NCBI RefSeq assembly: GCF_000341395.1
Contig: NC_020304.1
Location: 150,001-182,000, forward strand
DNA: 32,000 nucleotides
DNA from: Desulfocapsa sulfexigens DSM 10523
Lineage (GTDB): Bacteria > Desulfobacterota > Desulfobulbia > Desulfobulbales > Desulfocapsaceae
Direction of reading: 5' to 3'
The translations under genes were made by a program, and so were the position numbers. The notes beneath the pieces were generated by a model. The model was not told the DNA's origin. It made no database searches and was given only the letters and a program-made list of their open reading frames with translations. Below are positions 1 to 7,908 of the stretch, in pieces; positions within the stretch are counted from its first letter, which is position 1; each line of letters begins with the position of its first letter.

Positions 1-123
1 CCCGGCCCGTCTGTTTTTCTCAACGACAGTCACATCATAGCCGAGACCGGCAAGGATTATCCCCGAGCTTAAACCGCCGATACCTGATCCGACAATGACC
101 AGCTTTTCAGCGTCATGCTTCAC
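1..123 (-). CDS. FAD/NAD(P)-dependent oxidoreductase, CrtI/phytoene-desaturase-like (5' end only, runs off the window)
   Basis: Reverse-strand reading 123->1 gives V(GTG)KHDAEKLVIVGSGIGGLSSGIILAGLGYDVTVVEKNRRAG. This has the GxGxxG dinucleotide fold and a VxVxEKN strand-2 acidic residue, typical of CrtI and amine-oxidase flavoenzyme N-termini. A GAGGG Shine-Dalgarno lies about 5 nt upstream. An alternative GTG at 135 forms a GTGA overlap with the upstream stop. The ORF is absent from the track because it is truncated by the window edge. Confidence 0.6.
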   Translation of the reverse strand, partial: MKHDAEKLVIVGSGIGGLSSGIILAGLGYDVTVVEKNRRAG

Positions 124-131
124 TCCTGCCC

Positions 132-1166
132 TCACGGTTCACTTTTTTGATTCCGCCAGCAGGTGGGATCGGAGGCAAGATAATCGCCGGTAAGCTGATA
201 GGCTGCTCCACGGCAGCCGTAACACTCCTCGGCCTTATCGCAGTCCCTGCATTCACCCCTAATCATCTCCCGATAATTCTTGAGATTCTGAATAACTTCA
301 CTATTCTTCAAAATATGTGCAAGGCTGTTGTTGCGGATATTATCCAAGGGAATGGTCACCCCGACGCAGGGCATCACATCACCGGTTGCGGTCAGGAGGC
401 AGGACACCTGATGGCGCATACATTTATTCCCGACAAGGGGAGGCTGGGGCTCCCACTCACGACCATACGTTTCCTGGTCAATTGCAGACAGCTCTGCAAA
501 CAGATTTTTCAATTTTTCAGAATCAACGGTGAGCCAGCTATTTGTAATGGCATTTGCCTGGGGGGTGATCACCTCAAAATAAGGCTCCATTTTCTGGTCT
601 CGAATCCACTTCCACATCTCGACCAGTTCATCAAAGTTTGTCTGGCAAATCACCGTTGAAAGAGCAAGGAAGAGATCAGAAGAGGGGTACCCTGCAACTT
701 TCAGATTAGCAAAGGCAGTTTGAATAATATCATAGGCCCCTTCCCTTCCTGCCAGGCGATCCTGTACTTCCCGTTTCATGGAGTTCAGTTTTAATACCAC
801 CCGGACTTTCAGTTTTGCCAAAAGCTGTGCAAGCTCACCATCCACTCCGGTTCCATTGGTAAACATTTCAATTTGAAAACCATGGTCATCCAGAAATCTC
901 AGCATCTCAGGAAGATGTGGATAGATACTCGGCTCTCCACCCAGGATAATAATCTTTCTGGCCCCGAGCGCCTTGGCCTGAAGAAGCACATCCTTCAGCT
1001 CATCTTTTGTCAGTTCCCCTCTGCACTCCTTCTTCTCGGGCACATAACAGTATGAACAGCGAAAATTACAGATACGACTGAACTCTATTTCCATTGACAG
1101 GAGCCTGTCTTCGGCCACTGCGTTTTTTATTTCTTCTTCAGTAAATTCAAGATTATATAGCTGCAT
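132..1166 (-). CDS. Radical SAM protein with a C-terminal SPASM-like auxiliary Fe-S domain
   Basis: The CNFRCSYC motif (CxxxCxxC) is at residues about 33-40. A GGEP motif is present. The C-terminus carries CLLTATGDVMPC (Cx5Gx4C), then CRDCDKAEECYGC (Cx2Cx5Cx2C), then a later DPTC. ATG start at 1166. Confidence 0.9.
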   Translation of the reverse strand: MQLYNLEFTEEEIKNAVAEDRLLSMEIEFSRICNFRCSYCYVPEKKECRGELTKDELKDVLLQAKALGARKIIILGGEPSIYPHLPEMLRFLDDHGFQIEMFTNGTGVDGELAQLLAKLKVRVVLKLNSMKREVQDRLAGREGAYDIIQTAFANLKVAGYPSSDLFLALSTVICQTNFDELVEMWKWIRDQKMEPYFEVITPQANAITNSWLTVDSEKLKNLFAELSAIDQETYGREWEPQPPLVGNKCMRHQVSCLLTATGDVMPCVGVTIPLDNIRNNSLAHILKNSEVIQNLKNYREMIRGECRDCDKAEECYGCRGAAYQLTGDYLASDPTCWRNQKSEP

Positions 1167-1181
1167 ATCATTCTTTTATAT

Positions 1182-2678
1182 TTAATAATCATTTAGATCG
1201 GTAAAAGTATTCATCCGTTCCAGACGTTCTATTTCCCGTTTATAGCGCCCCTGCCACCCATATTTTCTCATCACCCGACGATAGTGCAGTTTCAAAATCG
1301 GCTTAAAGGCAAAGAGCCATATCCATGTCCAGAGCTTTCCCTGTTTTTTTACAGTGTTGGGTGGTTTCCACCAACCAAGCACAATCTGTCGCTGATACCA
1401 GAAGTGGTACTGTAACGCATCTGAGTCAAGAAAGTTAGTCCGAACATTAGCCCAAAGTCCATTATATTTTTTCAGATCTGTCCTATTCGTAACCAGGTCC
1501 AAAGACAAAAGATGCTCACGCATACCCGTTTTGGGATAGGGGGTAATAATCTGGCAATAGGCCGCGTCAGCTCCAATCTCCTTAAAAAACTGGTAATTTT
1601 CCGTAATGGATTCCACATCATCCTCGGGAAACCCAAAGATAAGTCCGCCAATCACCATCATTCCATATTTATGACAGTTATCAATGGCCTTCCTGGAAGC
1701 AGCGACGATATCACCCTTGCCCGCTGCACTGAGATTCTTTTTGGAACCATTTTCTATACCCAGAAAAACAGAGCAAAACCCCGCCGCAGCCATTTTCGCC
1801 ACCATATCTTCCCGCATTGCCATGGTGACACAGTCTGCCTGAACAAAGAACTTCAGCTTTTTATAGCCCCTGGCGATAATGGCATCACAAAGCTCAATTA
1901 CCCGTTTCGGGTTGAGTACCATATTGTCATCGGTGATAAAGATGGAACGTACCTTGCGATTAAAATAGATATCATCAATATCTTCGAGCACCCGGCTTAT
2001 GGGATAGATACGAAAACTTCGCCCGTACATATTTTTCATGCTGCAGAAGTTGCATGACCGGGTGCAGCCCCGGGACGTTTCCAGAGTTTCTATACTGGCA
2101 TTCATCAGATGATAGCCCCAGGTCAACCTGCGTTTATCACGGATGGGGAGCTTTATCGTTTTAAGGTCAAGATTTTCCGCCCGAGGGTTATGGATAAACT
2201 TTCCGTCACTCTCGTTGCGAAACGAAAGTCCGGGGATATCCGAAAACGTATCTTTTCCTGCAAGTCCATTTACCAGACGCCTGCATACCTCTTCCCCCTC
2301 ACCTCGTACGATATAATCGATCCATCGGGACTGGGGAGAATCAGCTATTTCCTCTGCCATCAAAGTCGCGTGATAGCCGCCGATAACAATCTGTATATCA
2401 GGATGCATATCCTTGATCAAATGGGCAATTTTAATGCAGGTATCGTACTGCCAGGCCATGGCCGACAGGCCGACCAGATCCGGTTTTATTTTACCTATAA
2501 TTTTAGTCAGATATTTTTTTACCGAACGCCGTTTCCGGATAAGGTCGACCAGAAAAACCTCATGTTCCGAATCAATATTACCGCCAATACTTGCAATACC
2601 AAGGTTTGGTATATGCACGGCTGCCTCATGGACAAGCACTGGGACCACATCGGGCATGGAAACCAGTAAAACCTTCAC
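1182..2678 (-). CDS. Cobalamin-binding-domain (class B) radical SAM protein
   Basis: N-terminal Rossmann-like B12-binding region (VKVLLVSMPD...DLVGLSAM...IVIGGYHAT) followed by ETSRGCTRSCNFC (CxxxCxxC). I prefer the GTG start at 2678: it has a GGAGGGAGG SD just upstream and a GTGA overlap with the PlsC-like stop. The track ORF instead starts at the TTG at 2696. Confidence 0.9.
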   Translation of the reverse strand: MKVLLVSMPDVVPVLVHEAAVHIPNLGIASIGGNIDSEHEVFLVDLIRKRRSVKKYLTKIIGKIKPDLVGLSAMAWQYDTCIKIAHLIKDMHPDIQIVIGGYHATLMAEEIADSPQSRWIDYIVRGEGEEVCRRLVNGLAGKDTFSDIPGLSFRNESDGKFIHNPRAENLDLKTIKLPIRDKRRLTWGYHLMNASIETLETSRGCTRSCNFCSMKNMYGRSFRIYPISRVLEDIDDIYFNRKVRSIFITDDNMVLNPKRVIELCDAIIARGYKKLKFFVQADCVTMAMREDMVAKMAAAGFCSVFLGIENGSKKNLSAAGKGDIVAASRKAIDNCHKYGMMVIGGLIFGFPEDDVESITENYQFFKEIGADAAYCQIITPYPKTGMREHLLSLDLVTNRTDLKKYNGLWANVRTNFLDSDALQYHFWYQRQIVLGWWKPPNTVKKQGKLWTWIWLFAFKPILKLHYRRVMRKYGWQGRYKREIERLERMNTFTDLNDY

Positions 2679-3469
2679 CGCCCTCCCTCCATGCAACTGC
2701 CATCGGATTCAAAAATCTGGCGAACCTTTTTCTCAAGGGCCGTGGCAGATATCCTTCCCGCATCCACTCCAGGATCGAGACAGCCAATACTCTTCATTCG
2801 TATGTGGTTATGCACCCTGGTATTAAAAAAAAACTTTCCCGGAGTAAACAGTTTATCACTATTACAGAGGCTCAACACATGAACAGGACATCTATACATA
2901 CGGGCTATCTTAAAGACGCCCCTATGAAAATCACCAAGATGAGAAGCCGTGTTTCTGGTTCCTTCAGGAAAGACGAAGAGATTGCCACCATTTTTAAAAT
3001 AACTTCCCATATTTTCCACCTGAGCTATCATCCTTTTTGCATGAGCGCCTTCTGTAGTTGCAGGAAGATAGCCGGAAACCTTGAGTAACCAGCCGAAAAC
3101 AGGTGCATGAAAAAATTTCGTCTTTACAATGGTCTTGTTTTGAGGCAACTGAGAAATCAGGAGAAGCGGATCAAGATAGGAGAGATGATTACAAACTATG
3201 ATGGCACCGTGAATTTCCCTTATTTTTCGATCAATCTCCCATATATGCCTCGGTACCAGGGTGCGGAGGAGCCAGAAGAATCCTTTAAAAAACAGATGAT
3301 CGAGATACTGAAAGGCCCGCTCCCTGTCTCTCGCGAAGAAAAAGACAGCCAGATAAAAAAAGGAGAAGAACAGCAGGAAGGCAAAGATAAAATAAAACCA
3401 GCAGACAAGGGTCACCACAACATCACTGATCCTGTCCATAAAGCTTCCCTGCAACTTATTCCCGGCCAT
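2675..3469 (-). CDS. 1-acyl-sn-glycerol-3-phosphate / lysophospholipid acyltransferase (PlsC/LPLAT family), membrane anchored
   Basis: NHLSYLD (HX4D catalytic block) and FPEGTRN (block III), with a hydrophobic N-terminal helix. The ATG at 3469 overlaps the KS stop by 14 nt. An alternative ATG at 3439 has an AGGGAAG SD. Confidence 0.85.
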   Translation of the reverse strand: MAGNKLQGSFMDRISDVVVTLVCWFYFIFAFLLFFSFFYLAVFFFARDRERAFQYLDHLFFKGFFWLLRTLVPRHIWEIDRKIREIHGAIIVCNHLSYLDPLLLISQLPQNKTIVKTKFFHAPVFGWLLKVSGYLPATTEGAHAKRMIAQVENMGSYFKNGGNLFVFPEGTRNTASHLGDFHRGVFKIARMYRCPVHVLSLCNSDKLFTPGKFFFNTRVHNHIRMKSIGCLDPGVDAGRISATALEKKVRQIFESDGSCMEGGR

Positions 3470-4694
3470 CTGTTACAAGCAGACAGGTGTTCACTCCACC
3501 AAAGGCAAAATTCTGAATGGCAGCGGTACGGGTTTCAGTCTCTGTTACTTCGCGAAGGTGCCGCAGCATTGCACAGCGTGGATCTACGTTTTCAAGATTC
3601 AGGGTTGGAGCCAGAAAGCCTTCCTCCATCATATACAGACTTAAAATGAGTTCAATAGCGCCGCAGGTTCCCATGGTATGGCCCATATAACTTTTCAGGC
3701 CAGCCACCCAGGGTTTGTCTCCGTACACTTCTGCAATAGCCTGTGATTCAATCACGTCACCCATCTTGGTTGCCGTGGCGTGGGCAGAAATAAAATCAAT
3801 ATCGGCAGGTTTTCTGCCTGCATCCTCTAGAGCCAGACTGAGCGTTGCCGTTATCCCGCCCAGATTGGGAAGAATAAGATCACCGCCATTATTGTTGCAG
3901 GCAAAACCAATCACCTCACCTAGTATCAGGGCTCCGCGAGCCCTGGCATGTTCATACTCTTCAAGGAGTACAGCAGCCCCGCCTTCTCCCACCACCAGAC
4001 CATCACGATTCACATCGAAGGGACGGGGAGTACATTCGGGGGTGTCATTATAGTCCACGGAACAGGCGAGAAGATTATCAAAAACTGCCACCGTTGTGGT
4101 GTCATACTCATCGGCACCTCCCGCGATCATTGCATCCTGCATCCCAAATTTCACCATTTCATAGGCAAAGCCAATGGACTGGCTCGATGTGGTACAGGCA
4201 GTGGATGAGGCCACCACACGTCCCGTAATTCCATACATCCTGGTGATATTTACAGCGGTGGTGTGCACCATGGATTTCAGGTAATCCACGGCACCGATGG
4301 AGGAAAACTTTGATTGATCGTCACTGAAAAAGGTCTTGTAGATATTGCGTTGCACCGTAGGACTGCCATGGGTTGAGCTGAAGGAGACCCCTAAACGACC
4401 GGAACGGATAAACTCCTGATCCAATCCGGATGCAGCCAGAACATCACCGGCGACCTTGCAGGCGTAATAGGCGACGGGCCCCATGGTTTTGGTATCCTTG
4501 CGTGCAAACCCAAAATCAATGGGATAATCAACGGTACCGAATACTTTCGAGTGGATACGCTCCGTGAGCAGACCATCATCCCGCAGGGCTTTAACCCCAG
4601 ACTTCCCCCGGCGCAGACTCTCTACAATGGCATCTTTTCCGTAGCCAATGGGGGTAATGGCAGAACAGGCGGTGATAACGACTCGTCTTGTCAT
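3456..4694 (-). CDS. Beta-ketoacyl-ACP synthase (KAS I/II fold), atypical active site
   Basis: Active-site Cys context SSTACTTSS, second His in ISAHATATKMGD, GHTMGTCG, and C-terminal FAFGGVNTC. The DAxH(M/F)T(A/S)P block that holds the first catalytic His is replaced by NGGDLILP, which contains no His. Confidence 0.9.
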   Translation of the reverse strand: MTRRVVITACSAITPIGYGKDAIVESLRRGKSGVKALRDDGLLTERIHSKVFGTVDYPIDFGFARKDTKTMGPVAYYACKVAGDVLAASGLDQEFIRSGRLGVSFSSTHGSPTVQRNIYKTFFSDDQSKFSSIGAVDYLKSMVHTTAVNITRMYGITGRVVASSTACTTSSQSIGFAYEMVKFGMQDAMIAGGADEYDTTTVAVFDNLLACSVDYNDTPECTPRPFDVNRDGLVVGEGGAAVLLEEYEHARARGALILGEVIGFACNNNGGDLILPNLGGITATLSLALEDAGRKPADIDFISAHATATKMGDVIESQAIAEVYGDKPWVAGLKSYMGHTMGTCGAIELILSLYMMEEGFLAPTLNLENVDPRCAMLRHLREVTETETRTAAIQNFAFGGVNTCLLVTDGRE

Positions 4695-4708
4695 AAGGGA
4701 ATCACCAA

Positions 4709-4966
4709 TCAGCTACTGTGGGCAGTCTGGATGGTCTCGATGTAATCGAGGATATCACTGATGGTACGGATACTCATCGCCTGTTCCTTTTCTTTTCGTG
4801 ATATTTGATAACCGAGCATGTCTTCGATTTTCGCAAGCAATTCAATGGCATCAATACTATCAAAGCCGTGATCATCTCTAAGGTTATCGGTTAATCCCGG
4901 ATCCTCAAATTCAAATTCGTCTACTAAAATTGCTACGATTTTTCCCTGCAGTTCATCTCTTGTCAT
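4709..4966 (-). CDS. Acyl carrier protein
   Basis: 85 aa, acidic, with a GFDSIDAIEL phosphopantetheine-attachment Ser motif. It is the first gene of minus-strand block A. Confidence 0.9.
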   Translation of the reverse strand: MTRDELQGKIVAILVDEFEFEDPGLTDNLRDDHGFDSIDAIELLAKIEDMLGYQISRKEKEQAMSIRTISDILDYIETIQTAHSS

Positions 4967-5107
4967 GGTGTTTTTGTATGTTTGAATAGTTTCAATCTAA
5001 GCTTTTTTACTGTTTGATACTACACAGTTTCCCGATAAAATGAAAACAGAATGTTCACCCCCCAAAGGGGAACTGAAAAAAGCATGAGAAATGTGGGCTA
5101 ATGATAT

Positions 5108-5136
5108 TTGACAGCTCATTCCGAATAAGAGATACT
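5108..5136 (+). promoter_or_regulatory. Candidate sigma70-type promoter for the PAS histidine kinase
   Basis: TTGACA (5108-5113), a 17-nt spacer, then GATACT (5131-5136), about 65 nt upstream of the ATG at 5202. Identified by sequence pattern only. Confidence 0.3.
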
Positions 5137-5201
5137 ACAATTATGGTAAAGTATTTGTAAACCAAAAGACACACCGAGACAACGCCCTGGAAGATCAGAA
5201 T

Positions 5202-6308
5202 ATGAATGCCACAAACATGCGTTCCAAGCCCAAGTTAATTGGGGACCTACTCGACATCATACACAATGCGGTCATTGTCATTAACTCTCAAAACAGAATC
5301 GTTTATGCAAACAGTCGTACTGCTGTGATGTTCAGGACATCGGTTGCCGAACTCCAGGATAATGACATCTTCCACCTCTTCATGCCGGATGATACCGAAA
5401 TAATGGTAAGCAATATCCTCCATATTACGCGAAATGAGCGTGAATTCGAGGGTGAAGCAATGCTGAAGCGCATGGACGGCAGTAGTTTTATGGGACTTAT
5501 CTCCGGGACCTCGTTCCAATGGGATGAAAATCAGGACGGAATAGCCTTCTCAATCCATGACATTACTGATATGAAAGCCATTGAGCGCTCTCTGAGACAT
5601 TCAGAGCGAATGGCCTTCCTTGGTAACCTGATAGATGACATCAGCCATCAGATCCGTAACCCTATCATGGTTATCGGAGGCTTTGCCAAACGCCTTGATG
5701 CACTAAATAATTCACCAAAGGAAACCAAAGCCATAATCAGTGAATCCAGACGCCTTGAGGACCTTCTTGATACTCTTAACAACTTTATGCATCTGCCAAG
5801 CCCGGACACAAAACGTGTCCCCATGGGTGATCTTATACACATTGCAGAAACATTCCTGCGCGACACCGTAGAGGCCTGCAGCTGTAACTGGTTCAGTGAG
5901 TACGCTGACAACATAGGTGAAGAGGAACTGCTGCTCGACCTAAGTCTCATCACCAAAGCCCTGGAAGCTGTCATACTAAACGGTTGTGAATCCTACGATT
6001 GCAGCACAGCCGCGAACAGGGATATTATTTTCAAAATCCATCACTCCAATAATCCCACCCACCCCTATGATATTGAAATCACAGACCGTGGTGCCGGGAT
6101 ATCCAGCACCGTTTTTCCGCATATTTTTGACCATTTTTATTCAAACAAAACCAAACATATTGGAATGGGACTGACCTTCGCCCAGAGAATTGTCGAGGAA
6201 CAGCGAGGCACACTGAGCATAACTTCCAAGGTCAGCAAAGGCAGCACCGTCAGCTTCCATTTGGTAAAAGAGAGACGACGCCCCATCCGTACCACAAAGT
6301 TTCACTAA
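5202..6308 (+). CDS. PAS-domain sensor histidine kinase (cytoplasmic, no TM segment seen)
   Basis: N-terminal PAS-like region (NAVIVINSQNRIVYAN...), H-box DDISHQIRNP, and ATPase G-boxes DRGAGIS and GMGLTFAQRIV. It is convergent with the LpxL-like gene, with 17 nt between the stops. Confidence 0.9.
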   Translation: MNATNMRSKPKLIGDLLDIIHNAVIVINSQNRIVYANSRTAVMFRTSVAELQDNDIFHLFMPDDTEIMVSNILHITRNEREFEGEAMLKRMDGSSFMGLISGTSFQWDENQDGIAFSIHDITDMKAIERSLRHSERMAFLGNLIDDISHQIRNPIMVIGGFAKRLDALNNSPKETKAIISESRRLEDLLDTLNNFMHLPSPDTKRVPMGDLIHIAETFLRDTVEACSCNWFSEYADNIGEEELLLDLSLITKALEAVILNGCESYDCSTAANRDIIFKIHHSNNPTHPYDIEITDRGAGISSTVFPHIFDHFYSNKTKHIGMGLTFAQRIVEEQRGTLSITSKVSKGSTVSFHLVKERRRPIRTTKFH

Positions 6309-6325
6309 GCATTGAACCACAGACC

Positions 6326-7195
6326 CTACAGGATAAAACGATCAAAGTGATACCACTCCAGGGGGTGAGCACGAAGTTGCTCTTCAAGTAAATCAGCGTA
6401 CTGCTGTGCAGCCTTCTGGATAGTTCTTTTCCGTTCCGATCTCTGCTCACAATGAATATAGAGAGGATCGGCAAGACTGAACTGATAGCTGTTTTTTCCG
6501 GTACGAAAACTGTAAAAGCAAAAGATAGGGGCACCGGATACCATGGCAAAAATGTAGGGAGCTTCAGGAACTCTGGCCCTGCCGCCGAGGAAATCAACCT
6601 CCATACTGCGCTGATCTCCGCGCCAGACGATATCCCCGGTCATGGAGATAAGACCGCCATCCTGCAGCAAACGAATCCCCTCAACGGCATCAAAGGGGGA
6701 GCCGCCGTCCCGTGGAGCCCCGATTATCCGCACTCCGGAATCCTGGAGCTGCTCCTTCTGGAGTCCTTCCACTCCTTCCTTTTCCTTCACTCCCATATAG
6801 AGAAGAAGCTTCAACGTCTCTTCCTGCTGCTGCAGGAGCTGGGCTGCTATCTCCCAGTTCCCAAGGTGAGACATCAGCAGAATGGCACCTTTTTCACCTA
6901 CCACGGCCTCCAGCTTTTCCCAGCCATCCGATGTAAAGGTCGTTTTCTGACCATGGTTTGCCAGGAAACGATCATAATGAATGGTAGTGAAATTCTGATA
7001 CTGGCGAAAGGTGCAGAGGCTGTGAAAGAAACCACTTTTCCGGGGATAGAGAAGACCATAGAACCTACGGCTCTCCTTTGCGTTTTCTGAGAAAAGAAAA
7101 TACCCCGCAGCGATGGATCTGGATACGACGACAAAGAGCCAGGAACCACAGATTCTGGTCATTGTCTCAAGAAATCCGTACCAGAAACCCTTCAT
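6326..7195 (-). CDS. Lipid A-type late acyltransferase family protein (LpxL/HtrB/MsbB-like)
   Basis: The SHLGNWE (HX4E) signature of the lauroyl/myristoyl acyltransferase family, with an N-terminal hydrophobic helix. The ATG at 7195 forms an ATGA overlap with the GT2 stop. Confidence 0.8.
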   Translation of the reverse strand: MKGFWYGFLETMTRICGSWLFVVVSRSIAAGYFLFSENAKESRRFYGLLYPRKSGFFHSLCTFRQYQNFTTIHYDRFLANHGQKTTFTSDGWEKLEAVVGEKGAILLMSHLGNWEIAAQLLQQQEETLKLLLYMGVKEKEGVEGLQKEQLQDSGVRIIGAPRDGGSPFDAVEGIRLLQDGGLISMTGDIVWRGDQRSMEVDFLGGRARVPEAPYIFAMVSGAPIFCFYSFRTGKNSYQFSLADPLYIHCEQRSERKRTIQKAAQQYADLLEEQLRAHPLEWYHFDRFIL

Positions 7196-7908
7196 TTTTG
7201 TTTCCAGGAGGCAGAAAAAATCCGTTTACAGATCAACCTGCTAAATGTGGCACTGTTCCGTAAAAAATCTTTCCAGGGGTGAAAATGGGAAATGCGCTCC
7301 TTCCCTTTCTGGTAAATAACCTGGACCGGAGTTTCAACAACCGGGATCCCCATGCGATGAGCAGTGACCAGTACTTCAACCTCAAACTGGAAACGTCTGG
7401 CACGGACATCCAGTTCAAGAATTTCAGGGAGCGGGTAGAGCCTGAATCCTGACTGGGAGTCACTTATTCGCGGCCCACCGGACAACCACACCCAGAAGTT
7501 TGAAAACCCCCTCCCGAACCGAGATGTCCACGGAACATTTATCCCATCCATTCCCTGCCTCGATCCGACCACAATGGGACGGTCTTCCCCCTTTACCACA
7601 GCAAGGAGATTTTCTATATCTTCAGCTTTGTGCTGTCCGTCTGCGTCGAGTGTGACCGCCCAGTCAAAAGAGTCCTTAGCCGAGAAAAAGCCTGTTCGTA
7701 ATGCCGCGCCCTTTCCCATGTTCCGCGGGTGGGTCAGCACCGTAATCCCCTTTATGGAAGAGAGCGTTTCAGCAGTCTGATCCGTTGATCCATCATCTAC
7801 AACAATGACCGGGTAGCCAAGAGCCGCAGTCTCCCGCACCACATCACTGATACGCGTCCCGTGGTTATAGGCCGGAATGACGATGACAACTGCATCACGA
7901 TTCAACAC
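7192..7908 (-). CDS. Family 2 glycosyltransferase (DPM1/ArnC-like)
   Basis: VVIVIPAYNHG, VIVVDDGSTDQT and LDADGQH (DxD) motifs. I start it at the GTG at 7908 (AGAGAGG SD 6 nt upstream), or the TTG at 7905. The longer track ORF (to 8052) would overlap the DegV-fusion gene by 150 nt. Confidence 0.85.
   Translation of the reverse strand: MLNRDAVVIVIPAYNHGTRISDVVRETAALGYPVIVVDDGSTDQTAETLSSIKGITVLTHPRNMGKGAALRTGFFSAKDSFDWAVTLDADGQHKAEDIENLLAVVKGEDRPIVVGSRQGMDGINVPWTSRFGRGFSNFWVWLSGGPRISDSQSGFRLYPLPEILELDVRARRFQFEVEVLVTAHRMGIPVVETPVQVIYQKGKERISHFHPWKDFLRNSATFSRLICKRIFSASWKQK

Noticed and set aside
132-2678. Reading the SPASM rSAM and B12 rSAM pair as a RiPP (peptide-modifying) cassette
   Set aside because: No precursor peptide, RiPP recognition element, peptidase or ABC exporter lies nearby. 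The genes are co-operonic with ACP, KS, PlsC and a CrtI-like enzyme. A lipid substrate is the more economical reading, although it is unproven.
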